Assembly (NCBI GenBank): GCA_963695345.1
Contig: OY968769.1
Location: 32,001-96,000, forward strand
Reading direction: 5' to 3'
Source of the DNA: an uncultured Methanomassiliicoccales archaeon
Lineage (GTDB): Archaea; Thermoplasmatota; Thermoplasmata; Methanomassiliicoccales; UBA472
Length of the DNA: 64,000 bases
Position numbers and translations under genes: made by a program
Notes under the pieces: generated by a model
The model's database searches: none
The model's input: the letters and a program-made list of their open reading frames with translations, nothing else
What the model was told of the DNA's origin: nothing
In this document: positions 1-10,196 of the stretch, piece after piece
Layout of the letters: the number at the start of each line of letters is the position of its first letter
Numbering within the stretch: the first letter of the stretch is position 1

Positions 1-579
1 CGCCGCGTCAAGTCCGTGCTTGAACTCGTCGGGAAGCATATGCCAGCCGTCAGCGATCTTCTTCGGATAGCCCAGGTCCGCGCGGTCGTTCACCCAGTCA
101 AAACTTATGTAGGAATCGCCTTTGAAGAAATAGCATTTGCCCGCGAATCTTCCGCTACCGTTCAAAGCGGCATCGAAGTCGCTCTCGAACCCGGAGGGCA
201 GGCCAGGCCAATTACCGGCCACCTTCTTCGGGCAGTCAGGGAACGCCCGATCCTCGGTCCAGCTGAACTTGACGTAGGAATCTCCCTTGAAGAAATAGCA
301 GTTGCCCGCGAACGCCCCCTGGCCGTTGACGGCGGCGTCGATGTCGGAACAGAAATCGGACGGCATTCCCGGCCAGTTGCCCTCTATCTTCCTTGGATAT
401 CCCGGGAGCGCCTTGTCTGCGCTCCAGTCATACTTGACATAAGAATCGCCTTTGAAGATGTAGCAATTGCCGGCGAATGGTCCGTCCCCGTTGAGAACGG
501 CATCGAAGTCCCCCTCGAATCCTGCAGGCAGGCCGTGCCAATTGTCAGAGGTCCGCAGGACCGATCCGGCCTTCGTCAT
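1..579 (-). CDS. Hemopexin-like repeat protein (3' end runs off the window)
   Basis: Manual translation from ATG at 579: MTKAGSVLRTSDNWHGLPAGFEGDFDAVLNGDGPFAGNCYIFKGDSYVKYDW..., then repeats of DAAxNG..F.G.CYFFKGDSY..F.W..D...GYPK.I...W.GLP. Open to base 1. Absent from the ORF track because there is no stop in the window. Confidence 0.85.
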   Translation of the reverse strand, partial: MTKAGSVLRTSDNWHGLPAGFEGDFDAVLNGDGPFAGNCYIFKGDSYVKYDWSADKALPGYPRKIEGNWPGMPSDFCSDIDAAVNGQGAFAGNCYFFKGDSYVKFSWTEDRAFPDCPKKVAGNWPGLPSGFESDFDAALNGSGRFAGKCYFFKGDSYISFDWVNDRADLGYPKKIADGWHMLPDEFKHGLDAA

Positions 580-677
580 TCCCTTATTCGCCCCCGAACT
601 TCCTCCGCCCGCCTTCAAAGCCATTTCACCAATCTCCCGCAGAACGAGTTGGGACGGGGAATGCTCCTGTTTTCTAT

Positions 678-1157
678 ATGGCGTTGTCGGAGGACGGTCG
701 GTCAGAATGGGATCTTTCCAGCGATCTACCCTTGGCGGTCATTGTCCCGCGAGACTGGTCAGCGATGAATCCAAACGGTTTATTAGGAGTGCCGGCTCTA
801 ACGGTCGGCAAGGACATGACCGAAGGGAACGAAGACCTTGACATTCTGAGCCACGGTATCCCCCGGATCGCCAAAGGCCTCGCGGTCAGATACGCCAAGG
901 TGCCCGGGGTCCACATCATTGTCAGGAGGGACCGGTGCACGGGGTGCGGTGCCTGCGTGAAGAAGGGGTTCTGTCGATTTAGGGCGATATCGGTGATGGA
1001 ACGGGTGGCGACGATAGACGAGCGGCGCTGCCGCGGTTGTGCCAGATGCACTCACCTTTGTCCCCGTGATGCCTTGGCCATAGAGGTCCGCCCGCATCCC
1101 ATTGTGCGGAGCGCGCTTAACCGCATCGACAACCGGATCACCAGGATCCTGAAGTGA
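678..1157 (+). CDS. 4Fe-4S dicluster (ferredoxin) domain protein
   Basis: CTGCGAC..C and CRGCARCTHLCP motifs; start uncertain. Confidence 0.75.
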   Translation: MALSEDGRSEWDLSSDLPLAVIVPRDWSAMNPNGLLGVPALTVGKDMTEGNEDLDILSHGIPRIAKGLAVRYAKVPGVHIIVRRDRCTGCGACVKKGFCRFRAISVMERVATIDERRCRGCARCTHLCPRDALAIEVRPHPIVRSALNRIDNRITRILK

Positions 1158-1178
1158 GGACGGGGCGTTCCCGAAGAA

Positions 1179-2621
1179 TCATTCTATCCGCGCCTTTGAG
1201 CTCGGCCATATCATATCGACGAACCGTACGATGGTCATCAGGGTTACGAACAGGTCGATGGCCAATAGAACCACGAAATAGTTCATGGTGGTGGTGAGGA
1301 CCGGCCTGTCGATCGATATGGCAAAGTCGTTGGTCATCACCATAACGCTACCGTCGTCTCTCAGATGACCGGCGATGACCCTTGAATCCAGGCGATACTT
1401 CCAGGTCTGTACCCCGTTACCGTCGAGCTTGATGATGAGGGAACCTTCCGCCATCAGCAGTCCGCAGTCCCCGTCGTCGTCCAATATCCGGTTATTGGGG
1501 AAGGAATCGAGCACATGGCCGGAGTTCAGGAGAACGCTTCCGTTCACGCCGAGCTTCACCAATTCTCCATTGATGAGGAAGAGGGAAGCCTCGTCGCTCA
1601 TCGCCAGCGGCCCATTGGTCCACCCTTCCATCTCTTTCAGGTAGTTCAGTGTCCCGGAGGAGGCGTTTACCGAGGTTATGCGACTGGCCATATGGGAGGG
1701 GTATCCCCAAGGCTGATCCTCGTAGACCTCCAGATAGAACACCGAATTGTGAGGCCCTATCGTCCCGGGGAATGCTCCATTCTCATTCTGGATCGCCCAT
1801 ATGATCGATCCGCCGCTATCCAATCCGACCTCGGTCTGGGTATCATTGGTGACGATGAGCAATTGAACGGTATCGTTCCCAAGGACGAACGGGCCTTTAC
1901 AGGTGCCGAGGCTGCCTGTCACGTTGAGGAGGTCCTTCTCCCAAATGACTGAACCCTCGCTGGATATCGAGACCAGGCGGTCATATGTTGAGACCCAGCC
2001 GCCTTCCGGACGTACCGTGTTGTTCCACTCGATGGTGGTTTCCCGGACCAGACATGTGCCGTCCGCTAGTACGACCGGGATAGATCCGGTCATATCGCCC
2101 TGTGAGGGGACGTACTGCCAAATGAGCCGGCCGTCCGGGGCCAGGCATGCCAGGGTCGAATTCGAACCGGGATTCTCCATGAAATAGATGTTGCCGTCCG
2201 CTCCGATCTGCACCGTATACAGCGACCGTTCCGCCTCGAAATTCCAATTAAGCGACCCGTTGGAATACAGGCAGGTGATGGAATCGTTGCTGTTCGCCCT
2301 TTGTTCGATGAAGTATACCCGGCCGTCCGAGCCGGTCGATAGGTCACGGCAACGCGGGGCGTCGTACTCCCATTTCACCGTGCCGTTCCGGTCGATCTCC
2401 CGGATGAGATCGCCGTTCTCCAGGACGATGATCGACCCGTCTAGGGCCACGAGCATCATGCCAAAACCAGTGGTCAGAGGGACCTTCCACTGCACATCCA
2501 AACCTCCGGCCCGGGCATCGGCGGCAAGAAGATAATTTCCCAGCATCGATGAGAGCAACAGGAAAATGGCAAGAGCCACTGCCGACAATATCATCCGACG
2601 TTTGTTCGAACCGTGGCCCAT
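1179..2621 (-). CDS. Membrane-anchored PQQ-like beta-propeller repeat protein
   Basis: N-terminal hydrophobic helix, repeated 'DG.L.W.Y/F' blades, C-terminal TM helix. Confidence 0.75.
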   Translation of the reverse strand: MGHGSNKRRMILSAVALAIFLLLSSMLGNYLLAADARAGGLDVQWKVPLTTGFGMMLVALDGSIIVLENGDLIREIDRNGTVKWEYDAPRCRDLSTGSDGRVYFIEQRANSNDSITCLYSNGSLNWNFEAERSLYTVQIGADGNIYFMENPGSNSTLACLAPDGRLIWQYVPSQGDMTGSIPVVLADGTCLVRETTIEWNNTVRPEGGWVSTYDRLVSISSEGSVIWEKDLLNVTGSLGTCKGPFVLGNDTVQLLIVTNDTQTEVGLDSGGSIIWAIQNENGAFPGTIGPHNSVFYLEVYEDQPWGYPSHMASRITSVNASSGTLNYLKEMEGWTNGPLAMSDEASLFLINGELVKLGVNGSVLLNSGHVLDSFPNNRILDDDGDCGLLMAEGSLIIKLDGNGVQTWKYRLDSRVIAGHLRDDGSVMVMTNDFAISIDRPVLTTTMNYFVVLLAIDLFVTLMTIVRFVDMIWPSSKARIE

Positions 2622-2816
2622 AGTATTCCCAATCGCAAATGTTAGTCCAGATTATTTAACCGGCCAGCCTAGATTATCGATATTAGAAACCAGAGACTGT
2701 GCGATGAAAAATGAATGGTGTGGATCAGAGAAGAGACATGATGGGCATATGGACCTTGAAAATAGATTGCATCAACCAGATTTCTGTATCAAAATCCCGG
2801 TTGGTCATGAGGCTTT

Positions 2817-3140
2817 ATGAGGAAGGAGACGGCATCCGGTGACCGGGTATTCATGTCTCCGCACAAGAAAATCGATGATACCTCCGAAGTTCAAGGTTGT
2901 TACATTTGCGGCCGCAGTGCCGACCAGATCTGCAGGCTCATGGGAGTGGAATCGGTGGATGGATACGAGTTCCGTACCCTCTATATCAAAGAAGGGGGCG
3001 GCCTCGCCGACTCGAAGGTCGTCGAACGCAAGTTGGTCAACCTTCGTGATTCTGAGAGGAAACCGGTCAACCATACTAAGATCGAAGTTATCGTCTGCCC
3101 CATCTGCAAGACGCTGATCGGTTCCCTGGCACAGCGCTGA
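2817..3140 (+). CDS. Small hypothetical protein, putative Zn-binding
   Basis: CYICG and CPICK pairs; start may be 2853. Confidence 0.55.
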   Translation: MRKETASGDRVFMSPHKKIDDTSEVQGCYICGRSADQICRLMGVESVDGYEFRTLYIKEGGGLADSKVVERKLVNLRDSERKPVNHTKIEVIVCPICKTLIGSLAQR

Positions 3141-3202
3141 ACAAACGAACCAGAGGTGCACGGTGATCCAGATCACGTACCCTGCCATGAACCGGTCGAT
3201 GA

Positions 3203-3676
3203 TCACAGCAGATTCTTGAAATTCTCTTCCTTGAGGCGAACCATGCTCCATTCGGTGTGGACCGTGGCGCCGCAGCTTTGATAGAAACCTATCGCCTTCG
3301 AGTTCCAATCGAGCACGTTCCAGTCCATCCTGCCGCATCCGCGGCGTTTGGCCTCAGTCGCGCAGAAAGCCAACAACTTGCGGCCGATGCCATGCCTGCG
3401 GAAACGCTCCACCACATAGATGTCCTCGATGAATAGGGAAGGCTTGGCGAGCAGGGTGGAGTAGGTGAAGAAATAGAACACGTATCCCACTCGTTCCTGT
3501 CCGCTATAGGCGATGTAGGCGTGGAAATAGGGAGTATCGGACGCCACGTCATTCCGCAGCCGTTCGACCGACTCATCCGACGGCGGTTCCAGATGCTCGA
3601 AGATGGCGAGCTCGGTGATCATCTCTGCCAGATCGTCGACGTTCTTCAGGTCGACCTTAGCCATGGTGATTTCCAT
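3203..3676 (-). CDS. GNAT N-acetyltransferase (diamine/SSAT-like)
   Basis: LFIEDIYVVERFRRHGIG..LL, VLDWN..AIGFY; GAGGGAG SD-like sequence upstream of ATG 3676. Confidence 0.9.
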   Translation of the reverse strand: MEITMAKVDLKNVDDLAEMITELAIFEHLEPPSDESVERLRNDVASDTPYFHAYIAYSGQERVGYVFYFFTYSTLLAKPSLFIEDIYVVERFRRHGIGRKLLAFCATEAKRRGCGRMDWNVLDWNSKAIGFYQSCGATVHTEWSMVRLKEENFKNLL

Positions 3677-3851
3677 TGAAATTACTCCCTCATTATTGTG
3701 TTCGTGCGAAATGCACATTCATAGTTAACGTTAGCGCCTTATCAGGACGACAAGGTGACGCGATCCCATCCCAACAGATCTCCGAAATGACACTTGACCG
3801 GCACAATGGTTAAGGGTTGTGTTTACCTTATGCGATGAAGGAAGACGCACC

Positions 3852-4274
3852 ATGGACCTAGACACGTTAAAGCTCCCGGAAGAGGTCCGGGAAAGGCTCC
3901 GCGGTATCAACAACGCCCCTTTCATCCGCACCTTCGGGATCGAACTGGAAAGCATCACCGAGGATGGCGAGGTCAGGGTGACCATGGATGTCAGTGACAA
4001 GCACAACGCGTTGGGTACCGCCCACGGGGGAGCCGTCTTCACGCTGGCGGACCAGGCGTTCGCGGTGGTATCGAACCTCGGACCGGAGGTTCAGGTGGCC
4101 ATGTTCGCAAGCATGACCTTCATAAGGCCTGCCCGGGGAATGCTGGTGGCCGTGGCCAATAAGATCGGCGAGACCAAGCAGACATCGGTCTATGAGGTGA
4201 AGGTCTTTGAAAAGGGCGAACTCGTGGCGGTCTTCCAGGGCAATGGATACAAATTAAAGGACCGCAGCCGTTAG
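3852..4274 (+). CDS. PaaI family hotdog thioesterase
   Basis: HNALGTAHGGAVFTLADQA motif. Confidence 0.9.
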   Translation: MDLDTLKLPEEVRERLRGINNAPFIRTFGIELESITEDGEVRVTMDVSDKHNALGTAHGGAVFTLADQAFAVVSNLGPEVQVAMFASMTFIRPARGMLVAVANKIGETKQTSVYEVKVFEKGELVAVFQGNGYKLKDRSR

Positions 4275-4286
4275 TCATTCGGTGCG

Positions 4287-4813
4287 ATGTCCCTTTATGC
4301 GGTCTTCTCAGGGCGGTCAACGTTGGCGGACGCTCGACCGTAAGGATGAACGAGCTGGTCGAGAACCTGACCAGGTCGGGGCTTGAGGATCTGATAAGCT
4401 TCCGACAGAGCGGAAACCTGCTCCTAGGTTCCTCGACTAGGGACGCCAGGGCGATCATGCAGATGGTCACAGGAATCCTGCAACGGCTGAATGGGATCAA
4501 GACTGAAGTGTTCGTGGTCCCAATGGCGAATAGGCGCCCCTGGTGGATGCCTCTCCTTTTGAAGGTCAACTTGCGGAGGGAGATCGAGGCTTCGCCACAT
4601 TCATCTCCCGTACCGCGGATCGTCCCGGAGTTACCGACATCGATGCAAGAGGGCATCGTCATGATCGGAATTCTCGATGACATGGTCCTTTCGATCGTCA
4701 GGAAGGATGTGGGCTCCGGACCCTTGAACGATCTGTTGGAGAAAAAATTAGGCGTCATCGCCACGACCAGGAACTGGTCCACTGTGACGGGGCTCGTGGA
4801 AAAGGATAGATGA
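4287..4813 (+). CDS. DUF1697 family protein (probable 1-nt frameshift near 4305)
   Basis: MSLYAVF in one frame joins LRAVNVGG...M.EL...QSGNL...TTRNW in another; these are typical DUF1697 motifs. Confidence 0.7.
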
Positions 4814-4972
4814 ACTAACCCGACGTCAGACAGAATAAGCGTTTACTCATGGTCAAGTATGGACCTGTGAGAATTGTAAAAATGGGGGGAGCATACCGCT
4901 CACCGCACCCCCTTCCGGCGGGACCTTCCATGGAGGTTGTGGGGGATCCCATCCGGCACCATCCGCGCTTTG

Positions 4973-5347
4973 TTACTTGTTGCCCCGGGGTTTGAATTTG
5001 ACGTTATAGGCCTCGTCGAGGGTGACCTCGTTCATCATGTCCTTCATGTCCGCCTCGCTCCACGTCACGTCCGGGTGGCTCTGTTCGCGGTGGATGATCA
5101 TGTGGCGCATCAGGTTCTCGTTCTTCGAGTCCGGGTCCATGGCACTCCATCCGCAGATCGTGCACTGGATCTTGGTCCCGAAATAGAAGTCCTTCATCAT
5201 GCTTTTCAGGTCTTCCTCGGTCCATCTCATGTTCTCGTGGTGCTCATCCCGATGAATGATCAGATGCTGCATCATGTTCTCCTGACCCTTGACACTCTGG
5301 ACTGTCCAGCCGCATTCTGGACAGGTGAATCTTTTGGCGTAAACCAT
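4973..5347 (-). CDS. Tandem duplicated small metal-binding (DUF1059-like) domain protein
   Basis: Two copies of CxxCGW-x~13-HxxxHxxxxH..W.E.D.K.MM. Confidence 0.7.
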   Translation of the reverse strand: MVYAKRFTCPECGWTVQSVKGQENMMQHLIIHRDEHHENMRWTEEDLKSMMKDFYFGTKIQCTICGWSAMDPDSKNENLMRHMIIHREQSHPDVTWSEADMKDMMNEVTLDEAYNVKFKPRGNK

Positions 5348-5510
5348 ATTGATCGAAAAGAATTTTGGAGCTAGTACTATATATCGTTTCTTGTAAAGAC
5401 GAAATATATGCGATGACCGATGTGGTCCGATCGAGGATCTAACCCTGACCAAATCCGGCATTTTCGCCTTGGAGATCCTTGGCCTAGCTGGGTTGTCGAT
5501 CCCGCGGCTT

Positions 5511-6674
5511 TCAGGCCTGCTTCATCTTGCAGAGGTCACCGCAGGCCCGGTCCAGCACATCATCCTTCTTCGCGAAACAGAAACGGACCAGTCCTTCGCC
5601 GGCGTCGTCGTGATAGAACGCCTTCCCCGGAACGCTGGCTATTCCGGTCCTGCGGAGGATGTTCATGGCCTTTTCCTTGCTGTCGGTGCCGGGGAGGCCG
5701 CTCACGTTCGCCAGCACGTAATAGGATCCCTCAGGAACATATGGCTCCAGGCCGACGTCGCTCAAGGTGTCGCATATCTGCTTCCTCTTCTCCTGGTATG
5801 AGCCGCAGACGCCCTCATAGTATGAGGAAGGCAGCGAGGCTATTCCCTTGGCCACCCCCACCTGGAGAGGGGACGGGGCACAGACGTACACCAGGTCGTT
5901 GACGTAGCCGATCATCCTGGCCCATTCCTCCTGCGCCACGCAATAACCGATGCGCCACCCGGTGATGCTGAACGTCTTCGAGTAGCCGGAGATGGTGATG
6001 GTGCGGTCGGCTATCTTTGGAAGGGACCCGGGCGAGATGTGCTTCCTCCCGTCGTAGACGAAGTACTCATAGATCTCATCCGTGAAGATGAAGATGTCCT
6101 TCTCCACCGCGAAATCGGCCAGCTGTCCAATCTCCTCCCGTGTGAACACCTTTCCGGAGGGGTTTCCGGGGGTGTTGACGATCACTGCCCTGGTGCGGTC
6201 GGTGATCAATGGCTCGAGCAGATCGGTGCTGAAATGCCAATCCGGCGGGTCCAGACGGGCAAAGACCGGGACGACGCCGACCGCCAACAGGGTGTTGACA
6301 TGGTACCCGTAGTAGGGCTCGATGACGATCACCTCGTCACCGGGATTGAGCAGGGCCATGCAGGTGCAGTAGAACGCCCCTGTCGCACCGGCGGAGACGA
6401 TGATGTTCTTCTCCGGGTCGGCCTCGATGCCGTTGTAGCTGGATATCTTATTGGCGAGTGCCTCACGGATTATCGGCAAGCCGTCGTAGCGGGTGTAGAG
6501 GTTGAATCCATCCCTCATGCCCTGGGCGGCGCCGTTGATGACCTGAGCGGGAACCTCCAGATCGCAGACGCCCTGGGCCAGGTTGATACCTTTGATCCGG
6601 TTGCATTCGATCGTCATGTTGCGGATCTCTGACTGGACGATGAGCTTGGACCGTTCGCTGACTCTCAGATTCAT
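5511..6674 (-). CDS. PLP-dependent aminotransferase class I/II
   Basis: NTPGNPSG, DEIY, SKTFSITGWRIG. Confidence 0.95.
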   Translation of the reverse strand: MNLRVSERSKLIVQSEIRNMTIECNRIKGINLAQGVCDLEVPAQVINGAAQGMRDGFNLYTRYDGLPIIREALANKISSYNGIEADPEKNIIVSAGATGAFYCTCMALLNPGDEVIVIEPYYGYHVNTLLAVGVVPVFARLDPPDWHFSTDLLEPLITDRTRAVIVNTPGNPSGKVFTREEIGQLADFAVEKDIFIFTDEIYEYFVYDGRKHISPGSLPKIADRTITISGYSKTFSITGWRIGYCVAQEEWARMIGYVNDLVYVCAPSPLQVGVAKGIASLPSSYYEGVCGSYQEKRKQICDTLSDVGLEPYVPEGSYYVLANVSGLPGTDSKEKAMNILRRTGIASVPGKAFYHDDAGEGLVRFCFAKKDDVLDRACGDLCKMKQA

Positions 6675-6780
6675 CCTGCACACTCGACCTCAGATTGACC
6701 GAATCGATATTAAATGGATTTCGACCGCTTTTAGAAACCAACAATAACCCTTGAAGGAAATCGCAGGACGCCCTGACCGT

Positions 6781-7407
6781 TCACTTTCTTTGTTGGTAGA
6801 TCAGCGATCGCATCTCGGCCGTCGCTTTTACGATGTCCTTCTGGCCGACGATCGCGGAGATGACCGCCACCCCGTCCGCCCCGGCGTCCATCACCTGGCG
6901 GACGTTGTTCTTGTCTATCCCGCCAATGGCGATGACCGGTATCGAGACCGCCGACTTGATCTCCTTCAGCCTTTCCAGGCCTTTTCCGGGACCGGCGTCG
7001 GATTTGGTGGCGGTGTCGAAGATGGGGCTGAGAGCGATGTAATCGGCCCCTTCGGACTCCGCAATCAAGGCCTCCTGGACGCTCCTCACCGAGGTTCCGA
7101 TGATGAAACCTCTGGGCGTTATCCTCCTGGCGAACGGTACCGGCAGGTCCTCCTGTCCCAGGTGAACACCGTCTGCGCCGCTAGCCAACGCCAGGTCCAA
7201 GCGGTCGTTGACGATGAACGTGATGCCGTAGGAACGGGCTATCTTGCCAATCTCCAGGGCGATCGAAAGCAGGTCCTTCTCGGTGCGTGCCTTGTCCCTC
7301 AGCTGGATGACGTCCGCCCCGCCCTCCGCGACCTTCCTGGCGATGTCCACATGGCTGATCCCGTGAGATGCTCCCTCGTCGGTGATCACGTACAGGCCGA
7401 GCTTCAT
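6781..7407 (-). CDS. thiE: Thiamine-phosphate synthase
   Basis: LYVIT, QLRDK, NDRLDLA, GVHLGQED, AIGGI. Confidence 0.97.
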   Translation of the reverse strand: MKLGLYVITDEGASHGISHVDIARKVAEGGADVIQLRDKARTEKDLLSIALEIGKIARSYGITFIVNDRLDLALASGADGVHLGQEDLPVPFARRITPRGFIIGTSVRSVQEALIAESEGADYIALSPIFDTATKSDAGPGKGLERLKEIKSAVSIPVIAIGGIDKNNVRQVMDAGADGVAVISAIVGQKDIVKATAEMRSLIYQQRK

Positions 7408-8208
7408 CTAAGCCAGCCTCACTCTCGATCTTGTCCTCAGGACCTCGGGTGTCAATGCGGCCGTCTCGTCCAACAGGGCGACCTTGAAGGAGGATGGTGC
7501 GGAGGACTTCATGGCTGCCAGCTCACCGGCGATACCGAAAGCGGCCAGGGCGGCGACGGAACCGATGGTCGGATCCTGGGAAACGGCGGCGAAGGACGCG
7601 ACGATGGACGTCGCCATGCATCCAGTGCCGGAGATCCTCCCCATCAGCTCATGGCCGTTGTCGATCTGGTAGGCCGTTCTCCCGTTGCTCACGATGTCCG
7701 TCTCCCCGCTCATGATGACGATGCTTCCCGACGTTCTCGCCAGCTCTCCCGCGATTACCAGAGGGTCCCCGGTGATGCCTTCCGAGTCGACCCCCCGGAC
7801 GATGCCCCCGGTGCCGGCCAGCACTCCGATCTCCCCGGCGTTCCCCTTGATTATCGAGATCTTCAGCCGGTCCATGAGGATGCGCACGGTCTCTGTCCGG
7901 TATTTCGTGGCCCCGGCGCCCACCGGGTCGAGCACGATCGGTATGTTCTGCTCATTGGCCTTCTTACCAGCGAGCAGCATCGAATCCACCTGGCGGTCAT
8001 TGAGGGTGCCTATGTTCAAGACCAGGGAGCTGGCCATCGAGACCATTTCCTCGACCTCTTCCGGCGCATCCGCCATCACCGGGGAGCCGCCGATGCACAG
8101 GGTGATGTTGGCGCAATCGTTTACGGTGACGTAGTTGGTGATATGATGAATGAGGGGGCGCTTGCTCCTCAACGAGATGAACGCGTCGGATAGTTGCTGG
8201 TTCAACAT
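7408..8208 (-). CDS. thiM: Hydroxyethylthiazole kinase
   Basis: [31 protein letters not shown]; ends in TAG. Confidence 0.97.
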   Translation of the reverse strand: MLNQQLSDAFISLRSKRPLIHHITNYVTVNDCANITLCIGGSPVMADAPEEVEEMVSMASSLVLNIGTLNDRQVDSMLLAGKKANEQNIPIVLDPVGAGATKYRTETVRILMDRLKISIIKGNAGEIGVLAGTGGIVRGVDSEGITGDPLVIAGELARTSGSIVIMSGETDIVSNGRTAYQIDNGHELMGRISGTGCMATSIVASFAAVSQDPTIGSVAALAAFGIAGELAAMKSSAPSSFKVALLDETAALTPEVLRTRSRVRLA

Positions 8209-8495
8209 TGTATTGCCTCCGTTGACGGCATGCCACCATATTCATAGACTTATTTCAACCATGTTGAGAATGGCCCGCGACCCTCGCCCGATCTCGGATA
8301 ACTAGCTCGATAATACCTGTACGAAAGGAACATACCGGATGTTGAGAAGGACCACCAACCCCCGATGTTATCGGTCCCTATCATGAGGTGTAACAAATCA
8401 TCATCCCTTCTGAGCATTCTCAGACGGTGCTGGATTTTGGCGATTGTCATCGGGAACGACATCATTATGTGCTTGCAAAGCACAATCTGGGATGG

Positions 8496-9533
8496 ATGGA
8501 GCTCGTACTTTTCGTGTTCGCCATGGCGGCCATAGCGCTCGCGCTGGCGTTCTCGTTCACCAATGGTTTCCACGATGCCAGTTCCACCGTTGCTACCCTG
8601 ATCTCCTGCGGGGCGGCCTCTCCACGGAGGGCGGTCATTTTGTCCGCTGCCTGGGGATTCGCCGGGGCCATGCTGGGGGGGACCGCCGTCGCCTTCACCA
8701 TGCTGGGCCTGCTGTCGATACCTTTGGGGACCACCCTCGTCTACGTGATCTTCGCCGCCCTCGTCGGGGCGGTCGCCTGGAACCTCATCACCTGGATCTG
8801 GGGAATACCGTCGTCCTCGACCCACGCATTGGTGGGAGGGCTCATCGGTGCGGGGATCGCCGCCGCGGGCCTGGACAAGGTGAACTGGGGGCTGGAGGAG
8901 CTCCTGTCCGCCGGACATCTGGTCGGCATAACCAAAGTGGTCATCTTCCTTTTCCTTTCCGTCGGGATAGGGTTCATCGGAGGATTCCTGGTGATGAAGG
9001 CCACCAAGGTCCTGCTCCGGAACGCCAAGCGGAGGATCAACCGGCCCCTGATGGCCTCCCAATACCTGACCTCGGGATTGCTTTCGTTCAGCCACGGCGC
9101 CAACGACGCCCAGAAGGCCATGGGCATGATGATACTGGTCATCGCCTCGGTGGGATGGGCCCCGGACACCAGCATCCCGCTCTGGGTGATGCTGGCCAGC
9201 GCGATCGCCATGACGGTCGGCACGCTGGGAGGGGGGTGGAAGATCATGAGGACCCTGGGACGCCGGATATTCCGCATACGTCCGATCCACAGCTTCGATT
9301 CGCAGGTGGCATCGACATCGGCGATCCTGCTGTCGACCGCCGCCGGAGCGCCGGTATCGTCCACCCACGCGGTAGCCTCAAGCATCATAGGAGTGGGAGC
9401 GGCGGACAATTCCAAGATGGTGCAATGGGCGGTGGGGAAGGACATGATGGTCTCATGGCTGCTGACGATGCCCCTGACCGCCATTGTCTCTGGACTCATC
9501 TATATCATATTGAAGGGCAGTTTGAACATCTGA
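8496..9533 (+). CDS. pit: Inorganic phosphate transporter (PiT family)
   Basis: NGFHDA, PSSSTHALVG, SHGANDAQK, PVSSTH signatures. Confidence 0.93.
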   Translation: MELVLFVFAMAAIALALAFSFTNGFHDASSTVATLISCGAASPRRAVILSAAWGFAGAMLGGTAVAFTMLGLLSIPLGTTLVYVIFAALVGAVAWNLITWIWGIPSSSTHALVGGLIGAGIAAAGLDKVNWGLEELLSAGHLVGITKVVIFLFLSVGIGFIGGFLVMKATKVLLRNAKRRINRPLMASQYLTSGLLSFSHGANDAQKAMGMMILVIASVGWAPDTSIPLWVMLASAIAMTVGTLGGGWKIMRTLGRRIFRIRPIHSFDSQVASTSAILLSTAAGAPVSSTHAVASSIIGVGAADNSKMVQWAVGKDMMVSWLLTMPLTAIVSGLIYIILKGSLNI

Positions 9534-9542
9534 GGGGATGGC

Positions 9543-10196
9543 ATGGAACGATCATCTGACAATGACAAGGAAGGCAAGCGCCGAAGCATTCTGGACCTGG
9601 TGTTCCCCACCAACCACGATTTCTACGGGATGTTGGAACAGCAGGCCGACCAGACCGCGGTCGGGGTCAAGACCCTGATCGCATGGCTGGAATCAGGGGC
9701 GAGTTCCGACCCGATCGACCTGATCCGGGAGGAGGACAAGGGGGACCGGTTGAGGCTGGAAATGGAACGCACGCTCCAGGAGGCGTTCTCCACCCCGTTC
9801 GACCGGCAGGACATCTACACCATATCCAGGCAGATGGACCATATCCTGAACTTCTCCATGTCGACCGCCTACGAGATGAGGGCCTTCGGTGTGGTCCCCG
9901 ACGAGGCCACCATGAGCATGGCCAGGTCACTGCTAAACGGGACCGAGCTGGTCTACAGATGCGTGTCCCTGCTGAAGGACAGCCCCATGGAGGCGGCCAA
10001 CCTCATCCGGAGGCTGCGGGAGTACGAGCATGACATCGAGAAGACCTACGTCAGGAACATGGCATTGGTCTTTGCCAAGGATGACCCCATCATGGCGATG
10101 AAGAAGCGGGAGATCTATCATCACCTGAAGGACGCGGGAAGGAACATGAGCATAACGGTCGACGTCCTGCACCGCATCATCGTCGGACTGTCCTAG
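9543..10196 (+). CDS. DUF47 (PhoU-like) phosphate transport regulator
   Basis: E..GD.LR, FSTPFDRQDI motif; adjacent to pit. Confidence 0.9.
   Translation: MERSSDNDKEGKRRSILDLVFPTNHDFYGMLEQQADQTAVGVKTLIAWLESGASSDPIDLIREEDKGDRLRLEMERTLQEAFSTPFDRQDIYTISRQMDHILNFSMSTAYEMRAFGVVPDEATMSMARSLLNGTELVYRCVSLLKDSPMEAANLIRRLREYEHDIEKTYVRNMALVFAKDDPIMAMKKREIYHHLKDAGRNMSITVDVLHRIIVGLS

Noticed and set aside
16-768. 250-aa plus-strand ORF with internal repeats
   Set aside because: It is the antisense shadow of the minus-strand hemopexin-repeat gene.
8209-8495. TPP riboswitch upstream of thiM
   Set aside because: A CTGAGA is present on the minus strand, but it sits in a simple hairpin and I could not find the rest of the aptamer consensus.
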